A DNA stretch of 50,812 bases from Elusimicrobiota bacterium (GCA_027319565.1 DAHVNA010000013.1:1-50812); one strand, 5' to 3'; counted from the first letter of the stretch, positions 1 through 10,689 are shown. Notes: generated by a model not told the origin, from the letters alone. Numbers and translations: made by a program.

Positions 1-665
1 CGGTCTTTTGAAATCCCCTCTTTTTCGGCGGCCGAGACAGCCGCCTTTATGCGCTCATCATCATGGGTTGCGAAAGCGGGAAGCGGAGCCTTAAGAAGCA
101 TCTGGGACAATCGGTCATAGTTTAAATTGACCTCTTTTTTGTCCGCAAAGGCGACAGATTCCGGCTCTTTATAGGCCCCCTTGCACAGGCGAACCCGCGC
201 TTTTAAAGCGACCAATTCTTGAATGTCTTTTTGGCTTCTTCTCAAATAGGCTTGGATGACGATGCCGACGTTTTTGCGCGTTGAAAATACGTCTTTAAAT
301 AAATCCAAAGTCCGCTGGGTCAAAGCCGAACCCTCCATGTCAATTCGGACAAAATTATCGTGCTTGGCGGCCTCATCGACAATTTTTTCCAAAAGTTCGC
401 GCGCCAACTTTGGATTAAAATTAAAACCTAATTGGCTGATTTTTAAGCTGACATTGGAATCAACCCGCGCCTCGGCGATTTTTTTAAGGAGAGAAATATA
501 CTCATCGCAAGAACGCTGGGCGTCCGCCTCTCGACTGCAATCCTCGCCCAAGTAATCCAGGGTTGCCTTGATTCCCTTGGAATTGAGTTTTTTGACAACC
601 TCCAATGCTTCTTCAATCGTGTCTCCAGCGACAAAACGGCGAGCGAGAAATGTAAAGGGTTTCAC
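1..665 (-). CDS. Monofunctional proline dehydrogenase, 3' end truncated by window edge
   Basis: Not in ORF track. Manual translation gives KPFTFLARRFVAGDTIEEALEVVKKLNSKGIKATLDYLGE...SLKISQLG...FVRIDMEGS...GIVIQAYLRRS...VRLCKGAYKEP...FATHD, which are ProDH motifs. Start is GTG 665 (or TTG 671) after GAGG. Confidence 0.92.
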   Translation of the reverse strand, partial: MKPFTFLARRFVAGDTIEEALEVVKKLNSKGIKATLDYLGEDCSREADAQRSCDEYISLLKKIAEARVDSNVSLKISQLGFNFNPKLARELLEKIVDEAAKHDNFVRIDMEGSALTQRTLDLFKDVFSTRKNVGIVIQAYLRRSQKDIQELVALKARVRLCKGAYKEPESVAFADKKEVNLNYDRLSQMLLKAPLPAFATHDDERIKAAVSAAEKEGISKD

Positions 666-677
666 AAGCAAATAACC

Positions 678-1817
678 TCAGTGGAGTGTCGCGCCGCAGC
701 TAAGGCAAAACTTGGCCGTCGGGGAATTAGGCGCATGACATTGCGGGCAAAGCGATTGCGAGAGCCTTTTCCCGCAGGAAGAACAAAATTGCGCTCCCGC
801 TGGGACATCGGATCCGCAAGAAGGGCAATGGGCGGTGGCCAGTATCACCGGAGCTCCGCAGACCCCGCAAAATTTGCTGGTGGGAGATATCTGAGCGTGG
901 CATTGGGGACAAACGGCGGTTTGGGCTGGCAAAACAGCGGCGCCGCCGCCCATCGTTTGCGACATCGCCTGCCCCATGGGAGCTCCAAAACCAAGGCCGG
1001 CCCCCATGCCAAGCCCCATACCGACCATGCCGCCAGCCATGCCGGAGTTTTTCGCGGCATCATCCATCGTGTTAAAGCTGCGCACCGTTTTATAGGACTG
1101 ATCTCCCAAGATTTGAACCTCCGCTTTTTCAGCCAAGGCCTTTTTAAGGCTAATGACCGAGGGATCGTCTTCCGGAACATTGATGGAATTTAAATAAAAA
1201 GTTTCAAGGGAAACGCCGAAACGGGCGAAATCATCCTTTAATTTAGCCGCAATGGCGGAGGATAAGACTTCCAGAGACGCGCTAATCTCAAGCAAGGATA
1301 TTTTCTCTTTAATGATGGACTGGGCGATGGAATCCTTGGCCTTGGTAATCAAAGCCCCGCGGAAATACTCATTGACCGTCTCGGCGGTAAATTCTTTAAC
1401 CGTCCCGGCTAATTGAACGACAAAGCGCCGTGAATCCGCCACGCGAATTCCAAACTGGCCGAAGGCGCGGACGGGGAGAAAAACATTGTATTTCGGATCG
1501 AGAACCGGAATCGGCTCCTGGGTTCCCCATTTTAAATTAAGAACGGAAACGCGGTTGACATAATAAATCTCGGCCGCAAAAGGCGTTCGATTGCCAAAGG
1601 GAACATTGACCAAGACCCGCAGAATAGGAAGGTTCGCCGTTTCCAACGTGTGAGTCCCGGGGCCGAGCACGTCCAAGGCTCTTCCTCCCTTAAAGAAAAC
1701 CGCCTCTTGGGATTCATTGACGATGACCTGGCTGCCCCAGCTCAGCTGATCCGAGGGATATTTCCAGACTAAAAGGTTCGGATCGCCGTCAAATTTGACA
1801 ACATCGATGATCGCCAT
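678..1817 (-). CDS. SPFH/Band-7 domain protein with C-terminal multiple zinc ribbons (YdjI-like)
   Basis: N-terminal GSQVIVNESQEAVFFKGG...PGTHTL...PF.AEIYYVN...KWGT SPFH-like pattern; Gly/Met-rich linker; six CxxC pairs (three double zinc ribbons). Confidence 0.85.
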   Translation of the reverse strand: MAIIDVVKFDGDPNLLVWKYPSDQLSWGSQVIVNESQEAVFFKGGRALDVLGPGTHTLETANLPILRVLVNVPFGNRTPFAAEIYYVNRVSVLNLKWGTQEPIPVLDPKYNVFLPVRAFGQFGIRVADSRRFVVQLAGTVKEFTAETVNEYFRGALITKAKDSIAQSIIKEKISLLEISASLEVLSSAIAAKLKDDFARFGVSLETFYLNSINVPEDDPSVISLKKALAEKAEVQILGDQSYKTVRSFNTMDDAAKNSGMAGGMVGMGLGMGAGLGFGAPMGQAMSQTMGGGAAVLPAQTAVCPQCHAQISPTSKFCGVCGAPVILATAHCPSCGSDVPAGAQFCSSCGKRLSQSLCPQCHAPNSPTAKFCLSCGATLH

Positions 1818-1837
1818 AAATTTTCTCCTATTTCTCT

Positions 1838-3766
1838 CTAGGCAAACGCCTCTTTTCTTGCCTTTTCGTAAAGATGAGACCGTTCTTCATTGATGATTAG
1901 ATCAATGTCCGCTTTCTGCATATTAAAGCGCGCCCCAAAAGCCTCGAGAGCTTTTTCGCCATCGCCTTTTCCAGCGCCCGTAATCGCCAAAACCGCCATC
2001 GCGCTCAAATAACGGCGAGCTTCTTTTTGGTTTTGGGGCAAGGCGACTTGTAATTTACCAGATTTGGCCGCGTCAACACAATTGAGCACGAAATCCATCG
2101 GAATATGCGCGCGATCGGCCAATTGAGAAACCAGCTTCATTTCCTGATGGTCGACGCCGTCCGCGGCCAAAACCGCGACCAAGACCTTTATCAATGTTTG
2201 CGGATCGGCCCCGGAATGGAGGATCTCATAAAGCTCTTGTTCCTCGGGAGGAAGGCTGTCAACGGAAGGTTTCCACTGAGAATGAGGGATTACCGAATCA
2301 AGAACCCAATCATATCCGCCGTCGTTGAGAGTTCGCCCGCAGTATTGGCAGGTGGGAGAATCGCCATCGGCAAGAGCGGCCCCGCAACCCTGGCAATGAA
2401 AAGAGCCGAAGAAATTAAGAACCGTTTTGGGATTGCTTTGAACCCCGTTTTTACGCTTAACGTTAAAAACCCAATCGCGAAACACCTTGCCCAAGGGATC
2501 GTATTTTTTCGTTTGCTGATTGAACGAAAACTCATCGGCCATCCACCGGACGGAGACATGGGCCCATTCAAAATCGGGTTCTCTCTCAAGCTCCAAGACC
2601 TCGAGTGCGCCGACGGCTTCATTAAAATACGCCTCTGGAAGCGCGGAGGCGATTTCTTTTTTAAAGCCTTCGAGATAAGCATCAGAGGCAAAACGCGCGA
2701 TAAAATCCGCGTTTTTGAGATGATAGGCTTGCCGCATTTTCCAAAAAAGAATGGAAACCCTGTCTTCAAGGGAGATCAAATCCATCGCGGCGTCCGAGCT
2801 GGTAAAATTGTCCCAACCGATGACCTGGGACTCGGGCTTGACCATTCTCCATTCGGCATCTTGAGTAATCAAGGCCAAGACCCAATCGTTTTCCCCGCTG
2901 TTGAGAAAAGAACCGCAGGCTTCGCATTGGACGCGGCTCGCTTTTTGGATAGCCCCGCAATTGGGGCAAGCTCCTTCCAGAGAACCTCGCTCCAGGGTCT
3001 TGGCCCCCTTGCGGCGCACAAAAGACCAAACCTCGGAAAATTCCTCGGGACTTTTATTGCCGTCAAAATAAAGGCCGGTATCCGAGTAGACCTTATAATT
3101 GACGCAAGAAGCGGTAAACGAGACATGGATGACGTCGAAAAAGGAGGTGGAATCAACGGCTAGAATGGACTGGCGCGACACGTCCAGATTTTCCATGATT
3201 TCTTTGACGCCGTTGGATTTCTGAAGCGCCAATTGAGAGGAGAATCGAATAAACACTCCGTCGGAAATGAGAGCCCGCGCTTCCGTCATATCTTGGGCCG
3301 CCCACGCCGATTGAATTTTTATGAAAGCGCCTTTCGCGCGATTCAAAAATCCATCCTCAAAAAAGCGCGGATCCCGCGATTGGATTTCGGACAGTTTTAA
3401 GCGATAAGAATTTTCCTGGGATTTCGTAACCCCAGTCTGAATGGTTGAAGAGATTCTACGATTGCGTAAAGTCAAACCTCCCTGGGAAGAGCCGACATAG
3501 AGGGCAAAGAGAATTAAAATATCGATTGGAATCGCGATAACGGGCTCATTGAGGTTTAAGATAATCAATAAATCAAGCAGCCCGCCCAAGCCTTGGGAGG
3601 ATCCGCCATATCCGGAACCCCCAAAACTGGAACCTCCCGAATACCCGTAGCCTTCCCCTCCGCCGGCACGAGCATGGGCTTTATGAACGGGCGTTAAAAT
3701 CAAAATGAGGGGAAAAAGCAACACTCCGCTCAGTAGAGGCGCGCGGCGTTTTCTCTGCTTGGACAT
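1838..3766 (-). CDS. Exported/membrane protein with two Tim44-like domains, two zinc ribbons and a C-terminal TerB-like region
   Basis: Signal peptide ending AHA, then RAGGG Gly/Ser tract and TM helix. Tim44-like motifs DPRF..F...KIQSAW and EEFSEVWSFVRR; CPNC/CEAC and CQGC/CQYC each followed by DWVL; C-terminal LAADGVD..E. Confidence 0.75.
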   Translation of the reverse strand: MSKQRKRRAPLLSGVLLFPLILILTPVHKAHARAGGGEGYGYSGGSSFGGSGYGGSSQGLGGLLDLLIILNLNEPVIAIPIDILILFALYVGSSQGGLTLRNRRISSTIQTGVTKSQENSYRLKLSEIQSRDPRFFEDGFLNRAKGAFIKIQSAWAAQDMTEARALISDGVFIRFSSQLALQKSNGVKEIMENLDVSRQSILAVDSTSFFDVIHVSFTASCVNYKVYSDTGLYFDGNKSPEEFSEVWSFVRRKGAKTLERGSLEGACPNCGAIQKASRVQCEACGSFLNSGENDWVLALITQDAEWRMVKPESQVIGWDNFTSSDAAMDLISLEDRVSILFWKMRQAYHLKNADFIARFASDAYLEGFKKEIASALPEAYFNEAVGALEVLELEREPDFEWAHVSVRWMADEFSFNQQTKKYDPLGKVFRDWVFNVKRKNGVQSNPKTVLNFFGSFHCQGCGAALADGDSPTCQYCGRTLNDGGYDWVLDSVIPHSQWKPSVDSLPPEEQELYEILHSGADPQTLIKVLVAVLAADGVDHQEMKLVSQLADRAHIPMDFVLNCVDAAKSGKLQVALPQNQKEARRYLSAMAVLAITGAGKGDGEKALEAFGARFNMQKADIDLIINEERSHLYEKARKEAFA

Positions 3767-3772
3767 AATCGC

Positions 3773-4312
3773 TTATTCCTTAAGCAAGGCGACGCTGCCG
3801 TCTTCAATACGGTATAAAAGAGGAGCAACGATGACCTTGGGATACAAAAGGCGGAGGCGACGGGTTTCGGCTCGGATAAAGTCTCCCTCGGGGCCGATTT
3901 CATGCTGAGGGGCCAAGGAATCGAAATGAGACTCGGCGTCTTTTCGCGTCCAGCCAACATCGATAAGCCCGGAAATAAAAATCTCCCGGCGATTGATCAA
4001 GCCCGACATCCCGCATTGGGTGTGGCCCATCAAGGCGATCGCGCGCACGCCCCCGACGGCAATCGCGTAAGAGACGCGAAACTCGCTTAAGCGCAGATTC
4101 GCGCCGCCGGTGCGCAAAATAAAAGCGAAATTATCCGGAATTCGAAGATGCTTGCGGCTGTCCATGCACATGCCGATGAGAAGTTCGGGCTTTTCCGCGC
4201 GCTCGGGGAGAGGGGATTTTAAGTCGTGATAGCGCAAGAAACTCCCAATTGGGGTTGAACGCCAAAGTTCGGGAATATCTTCTTCGGAATGAATATCAAT
4301 AAAATTTTTCAC
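3773..4312 (-). CDS. Beta-class carbonic anhydrase
   Basis: Zinc ligands CMDSR and HTQCG, plus LRTGGAN. Start moved to GTG 4312 (MKNFIDI) to avoid overlap with the divergent gene and its promoter. Confidence 0.85.
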   Translation of the reverse strand: MKNFIDIHSEEDIPELWRSTPIGSFLRYHDLKSPLPERAEKPELLIGMCMDSRKHLRIPDNFAFILRTGGANLRLSEFRVSYAIAVGGVRAIALMGHTQCGMSGLINRREIFISGLIDVGWTRKDAESHFDSLAPQHEIGPEGDFIRAETRRLRLLYPKVIVAPLLYRIEDGSVALLKE

Positions 4313-4321
4313 CGCGCTAAA

Positions 4322-4331
4322 ATTATATAAT
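4322..4331. promoter_or_regulatory. Palindromic bidirectional -10 element ATTATATAAT
   Basis: TATAAT on + (4326-4331) and on - (4322-4327), in the short gap between two divergent genes. Confidence 0.55.
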
Positions 4332-4358
4332 AAGGGAACGGTGTAGTAAGGAGGAAAC

Positions 4359-4604
4359 ATGGAAAATCAAGAATCGAAATCTGCTGATTGCGGGTGCGGA
4401 AAAGGCGGCTGCGGGAAAAAACATTGTTGCGGATGTAAGGGTATCGCCGCTCTTCTCATTCTCTTGTTGGGCGGAGTGATTGGATATCTGATGGCGGGGC
4501 ATCATTGCGGGAAAAGCCAATGCAATTACGCGATGTCGGCGCCATGTCCGTTTCATGACATGGGCATGATGGACCAAAATCCTCATCACATGAAAGGGAA
4601 ATAA
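4359..4604 (+). CDS. Small Cys/His/Met-rich single-pass membrane protein
   Basis: Strong SD AAGGAGG; 6 Cys before a hydrophobic helix; 3 Cys and 5 His after it; followed by a terminator. Confidence 0.75.
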   Translation: MENQESKSADCGCGKGGCGKKHCCGCKGIAALLILLLGGVIGYLMAGHHCGKSQCNYAMSAPCPFHDMGMMDQNPHHMKGK

Positions 4605-4624
4605 AAAACACGCGTTTCAACTCG

Positions 4625-4658
4625 CGCCGGGCTTGTTTTTAAGCCCGGCGATTTTTTT
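4625..4658 (+). terminator. Intrinsic terminator
   Basis: 10-bp stem CGCCGGGCTT/AAGCCCGGCG followed by A and T7. Confidence 0.75.
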
Positions 4659-4665
4659 AATTTGA

Positions 4666-6414
<1,749 letters not shown>

Positions 6415-6532
6415 ATTTTCCCAATTATTGAGATATCTACGACTCAAACCCCAAAATACTGCAAATTTGGTATTGAGATAAATTAAGGGGCAATCCCTTG
6501 ACAAAGTTTGACTAGGACGTTACATATAGAAG

Positions 6533-7495
6533 GTGAGATCTATTATCGCTGTTTCAGCGCTATTTCTTTTTTGCGCCGCATCGAGCGCGGCGCAGAATTG
6601 TCCCTCGAAAATGTCGGAAATTAATTCCAGAAATTTGGTCGAGCATTGTCTTAAGACTCAAGAAGAACTAAAGCAATGGCAGAATTGGTTGGTCGATCAA
6701 AAAATCTATAACGGCGCGCCGGTTTTTAGGGTCTCTCGCCGCTCAAATAAGGATATCGTCATAGCCGTATTACCACGCGCGCTCGGTATTTCAAATCAAG
6801 AATTTATAGTTGATGTCAAATCTTTAAAATCAATGGGGGTTGCCTTGCCGCCTAAAACCCAAGCTCCAAATTCATCCGCTCTGGAAAAAACGTTAAAAGA
6901 TTGAAAACGACTCTCCATCACGAACTCCGATGAAAATTCTAAGGAAGGAAAAGCCCGGTTCAGCCGTCTTGTTCGAGTCAATCGTTTTTTAGAAGCGATT
7001 GATGCGGTCCAGAAAAAATTATCCTCTAGCAACACCGCTTTGACTCGCTCTTTACAAAAGCGCCATATCCGTTCAAATATCAAGAGTTCAAGCCTGGATC
7101 AAGCAAAAAAAGTCTGGCGCTCAAATTTGGGGGATGATTCAACGGAAGTCCTGGCTTCAAATTCACAAGAAAAAAGACCGCAAAGTAATATCCCGCTCCA
7201 CCCGGAAAATACTCAATTACAGGATATTGCGGATAAAAATTCCGATGTTCCTTCTCCTCAAATGGCCCAACGCCGGCTTCAAATGCAAAAAGCCGTTCGA
7301 AAAGCGTTTTTTGGAACGCCCCATTGGGATCAGGCAAAAGCCCTTTTAAGCCAGGCTATTGACGCAAACAAGGCACAATTCTCAAGAATAGCTCAAAAAT
7401 TGGCTTCCCTTTGGGATCGCGTTTGGAACGGACAAGGGCCAAACCCATTTGAGAACTGGGCTCATTGCGTCTCAGGATCTCAAGATTGCCGGTAA
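6533..7495 (+). pseudogene. Secreted hypothetical protein interrupted by a single in-frame TGA (6902-6904)
   Basis: ORFs 6533-6904 and 7040-7495 share a frame and the 45 codons between them are open; N-terminal signal peptide; TTGACA at 6498. Confidence 0.55.
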
Positions 7496-7507
7496 AGCCG
7501 GAGTAAA

Positions 7508-8731
7508 TTAGCGCCGGAAAAGGGCGCGGCGGGACCGGGCCACGGGACGGCGGCGAAAACGAATTCCGGAAAAAGTTTTTGCCTTGGTCGGTTCAAGATT
7601 GGGCTTGATCGCATATGGAAAAGTAGGCAACATCGCCCTTGGGAAAACCACTCCGGTAAAACGCTCAATTGAAGAAATCAGCGGCTCTTCTTCCCGGTCT
7701 GAAAAAGTGATTGCGTCTCCAACCCCGTAGGCGCGCCCCGTGCGCCCCACGCGGTGGACATAATCCTCGGGATTTTGCGGGACATCGAAATTAATGACAT
7801 GACTTATTTCACGAACGTCTATCCCACGGGCAGCGATATCGGTGGCAACCAAAATTTGAGTGCGGCCGCTACGGAAATTTTCCATCGCTCCCATTCTCTG
7901 GCCTTGGGTTCTTCCGGCGTGAAGAATGCCGACAGAAAAGCCCTGGGCGGAAAGTCTTTGGGTTAAGCGATCGGCGCGGTTTTTAGTACGGGTAAAAACA
8001 AGAACGGACCTCATCTCGGTCGCTTTTAAAAGCGCGACCAGTAAATCCGTTTTCTGCGCCTGACTAATGGGATAGACAACCTGGCTGATTCCCTCGGCGG
8101 TGTCGGTGGGGCGAGAGACCTCGACTCGTTCGGGATTTTTCAAGGCAAAAGCCGCGATTTGATCGACTTTTTTGACCAAGGTCGCGGAAAAAAGCATGGT
8201 CTGTCTATCGCGAGGAACGCGGGAAATAATCGCGCGGATATCAGGCAAAAAACCCATATCCAACATGCGATCTGCTTCATCTAAAACCAAATATTGAACC
8301 GAATCCATTTTGAAACGCCCGCTTTTAAGATGGTCAAGCAGCCTTCCAGGAGTGGCCACTATGACAGAAGCGCCTCCAGACATCGATTTTCTCTGCCGAT
8401 CATAACCGACTCCGCCCATGACCGAAGCAACGCGAACTGGAGAAAATTTCCCGCAATCTTTAAAACAAATTTCAACTTGAGTGGCGAGTTCACGGGTTGG
8501 AACGATCACAAAGGCGCGAAGTCCGTCTCCGGGTTTGGTCAAGAGATGATGGAGAATCGGCAAGACAAAGGAGGCTGTCTTTCCGCTGCCGGTTTGAGCG
8601 CAACCAAGAATGTCTCCCCCTTTTAATGCGACGGGAATCGCCTTGGCTTGAATGGGGGTCGGCTCATTCCAGCCTAGGGTTTTGACCGCGCGTTCAAGAT
8701 CAGGATGGAGACCGAGTTCGGAAAAGAGCAC
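7508..8731 (-). CDS. rhlE: DEAD-box RNA helicase (RhlE-like)
   Basis: Q motif PTPIQ, AQTGSGKT, PTRELA, TPGRL, DEAD, SAT, ARGID, HRVGRTGR; basic tail. Confidence 0.88.
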   Translation of the reverse strand: MLFSELGLHPDLERAVKTLGWNEPTPIQAKAIPVALKGGDILGCAQTGSGKTASFVLPILHHLLTKPGDGLRAFVIVPTRELATQVEICFKDCGKFSPVRVASVMGGVGYDRQRKSMSGGASVIVATPGRLLDHLKSGRFKMDSVQYLVLDEADRMLDMGFLPDIRAIISRVPRDRQTMLFSATLVKKVDQIAAFALKNPERVEVSRPTDTAEGISQVVYPISQAQKTDLLVALLKATEMRSVLVFTRTKNRADRLTQRLSAQGFSVGILHAGRTQGQRMGAMENFRSGRTQILVATDIAARGIDVREISHVINFDVPQNPEDYVHRVGRTGRAYGVGDAITFSDREEEPLISSIERFTGVVFPRAMLPTFPYAIKPNLEPTKAKTFSGIRFRRRPVARSRRALFRR

Positions 8732-8798
8732 TGCCTATTCTATCATTTATCCGACCAGCAAAATCGGCTTAAATAAAAATCGGATTAAAAACCGCTTT

Positions 8799-9389
8799 TT
8801 AAACGGTCTTTCCGACTTTATAAGAATGCCAGATCGCGGTCCAAATAGCTAAGAAGGCGAGAGCCAGAGCCGCAATCGCGCGCGGCCAGGTAAACGCCGC
8901 ATTTAAGTGATTGGCGGCCAGCATCCCCAAAAGCATCGGCGCGGAAAGATAAGTATTGGTTCGAGAAGCGAGATAAGCTCTCTTGCGAATGGGAGGCAAC
9001 TCTTCCGCCGGAGTTTTGCCGGAGAGAATTTTCTTTTGCGCCGGCCAGATGATGAACCAAACGTTAAACCACATGATCGTTCCAAAGAGCATTCCCATTA
9101 AAAGCCATCCGGAAGGAGCCCGAAGCCCTTGAGCGCTAAAGCCAACGCCCGGGACATACATATAAATCAAGGCGTAAAGAAGAAGTCCGGCCAAGAAAGT
9201 GACCATCGCGCCCCAACGAAACCACCACAGAGCCCGCGGCTGAAGCTTCGGATTGGCGGCCTTTTTTCCGGCATCGTCTAAATCCGCTTGGAACGGGACA
9301 TTGATGAAATTAAAAAAGTAGAGCATCCCGATCCAGGTAATTCCCGCGATCACATGCAGCCAGCGCACGGCAAATTCATATTTGTTCAT
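8799..9389 (-). CDS. Urate_ox_N/PuuD-like (DUF989) integral membrane protein
   Basis: RWLHVIAGITWIG.LYFFNF, WFRWGAMVT, IMWFNVWFIIWPAQKK and SRTNTYLS motifs; SD AAGGAG. Confidence 0.75.
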   Translation of the reverse strand: MNKYEFAVRWLHVIAGITWIGMLYFFNFINVPFQADLDDAGKKAANPKLQPRALWWFRWGAMVTFLAGLLLYALIYMYVPGVGFSAQGLRAPSGWLLMGMLFGTIMWFNVWFIIWPAQKKILSGKTPAEELPPIRKRAYLASRTNTYLSAPMLLGMLAANHLNAAFTWPRAIAALALAFLAIWTAIWHSYKVGKTV

Positions 9390-9410
9390 TGTTTTCTCCT
9401 TAGAATTTAA

Positions 9411-9438
9411 ATTATCAATTTCCGACTATATTTGTCAA
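9411..9438 (-). promoter_or_regulatory. Sigma70-type promoter of PuuD-like gene
   Basis: TTGACA-N16-GATAAT upstream of the SD. Confidence 0.55.
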
Positions 9439-9504
9439 CTATAAACATCAAGCAAACAGCGCTACCTTGAACATCAGGCGCAAGCCCGCGATTAAAAGCG
9501 AAGA

Positions 9505-10644
9505 CTAACGGGAAACGACGAGATTCTGCGGACCCAGATATTCCGATTGCGGGCGAATCAGCCGATCCTGCGAGTGTTGCTCCATGACATGGGCGCACCA
9601 GCCGGCGGCCCGGCCGCAGGCGAACATCGCGACGAATTGATCGGGAACCAAACCGGCGGACTGCAAAACCAAGGCGGTGTAAAATTCCACGTTTGTCTTT
9701 AGATTCCGTCCCGGTTTAACTTCATCTAAAACCTTAAGAGCTGTTTTTTCAACCGAGCGCGCTAAATCATAAAGCTTGCGGTTTCTTAAATCCGCTCCCG
9801 CCAAAGCCTCCGCCGTCTTTGACAAAACCTCGGCTCTAGGATCGCGAACTTTATAAACCCGATGTCCAAAACCCATGATGCGCCGTCCGGCGTTAAGCTC
9901 ATTTCTAAGCCACGCTTCCGCGCGATCGGCGGATTGAATATCAACGAGCATGTCCAAAACCGGTCCGGGAGCGCCTCCATGCAAGGGGCCCTTGAGCGCG
10001 CCGACGGCGCCGGTGACCGCGCTGACCATGTCGGAACGGGTGCTGGCAATCACGCGAGCGGTAAAGGTGGAAGCATTCATGCCGTGATCCATGACAGTCG
10101 TCCAATAAGTATCCAGCGCTTTGGCGACCGCTGGATGGGGCACTTCGCCAAAAACCATATAAAGGAAGTTTTCCGCCATGCCTAAATCAGAACGCGGAGA
10201 AATTGGCTCATGCCCTTGGCGCAACCGCGCATGAGCGGCGACCACGGTCGGGAAACGAGCGGTCAGACGTTTAGCCACCGCCAAATCCGCAGCCGGAGAA
10301 ATATCGTTTGGATTAGACAAATCTAAAGAAAGAGTCGCGCAAGCCATTCTCAATGCGTCAATCGGCGGGGAATGTCTCGCAACCTTAATAAGCTCCAAGG
10401 TCTCCGGCCGAATTGTCCTGAGCTCGGCTAATTCTTTTCGAAAACTAGCCGCTTCTTTGGACGAAGGCAACGTGCCGGTCCATAAAAGTTCGGCGGCTTC
10501 TTCAAAAGAAACCTTGCCGGCTAATTCTTCAATTGAGTATCCGCCGATAATGAGCCTTCCCTTCTGTCCATCGACATGGCTTAATTTCGTCTGGACGGCG
10601 ACAATCCCTTCAAGTCCTGGAACAAATTGAGTTGCTGTTGGCAT
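9505..10644 (-). CDS. Citrate synthase (short type, citrate/2-methylcitrate synthase family)
   Basis: GLEGIV, DHGMNAST, GPLHGGA, MGFGHRVYK.RDPR, NVEFY, RLIRP. ATG 10644 follows SD GGGGAG. Confidence 0.92.
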   Translation of the reverse strand: MPTATQFVPGLEGIVAVQTKLSHVDGQKGRLIIGGYSIEELAGKVSFEEAAELLWTGTLPSSKEAASFRKELAELRTIRPETLELIKVARHSPPIDALRMACATLSLDLSNPNDISPAADLAVAKRLTARFPTVVAAHARLRQGHEPISPRSDLGMAENFLYMVFGEVPHPAVAKALDTYWTTVMDHGMNASTFTARVIASTRSDMVSAVTGAVGALKGPLHGGAPGPVLDMLVDIQSADRAEAWLRNELNAGRRIMGFGHRVYKVRDPRAEVLSKTAEALAGADLRNRKLYDLARSVEKTALKVLDEVKPGRNLKTNVEFYTALVLQSAGLVPDQFVAMFACGRAAGWCAHVMEQHSQDRLIRPQSEYLGPQNLVVSR

Positions 10645-10689
10645 AAACTCCCCCTTTTTCAATCAGAGCGCTTCTTTTCCCCATTCTAC

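Noticed and set aside
256..634. ORF-track entries 256-555 (+) and 443-634 (-)
   Set aside because: Shadows of the proline dehydrogenase frame, which the track missed because its stop lies outside the window.
2105..3163. 352-aa antisense ORF within the Tim44 gene
   Set aside because: Fully opposite a motif-bearing gene, with no SD or recognisable motifs; typical shadow frame.
6902..6945. Selenocysteine or alternative genetic code at the internal TGA
   Set aside because: No convincing SECIS hairpin or redox motif, and TGA ends many conserved genes here (e.g. uvrB, nadC, pyk, dnaA).
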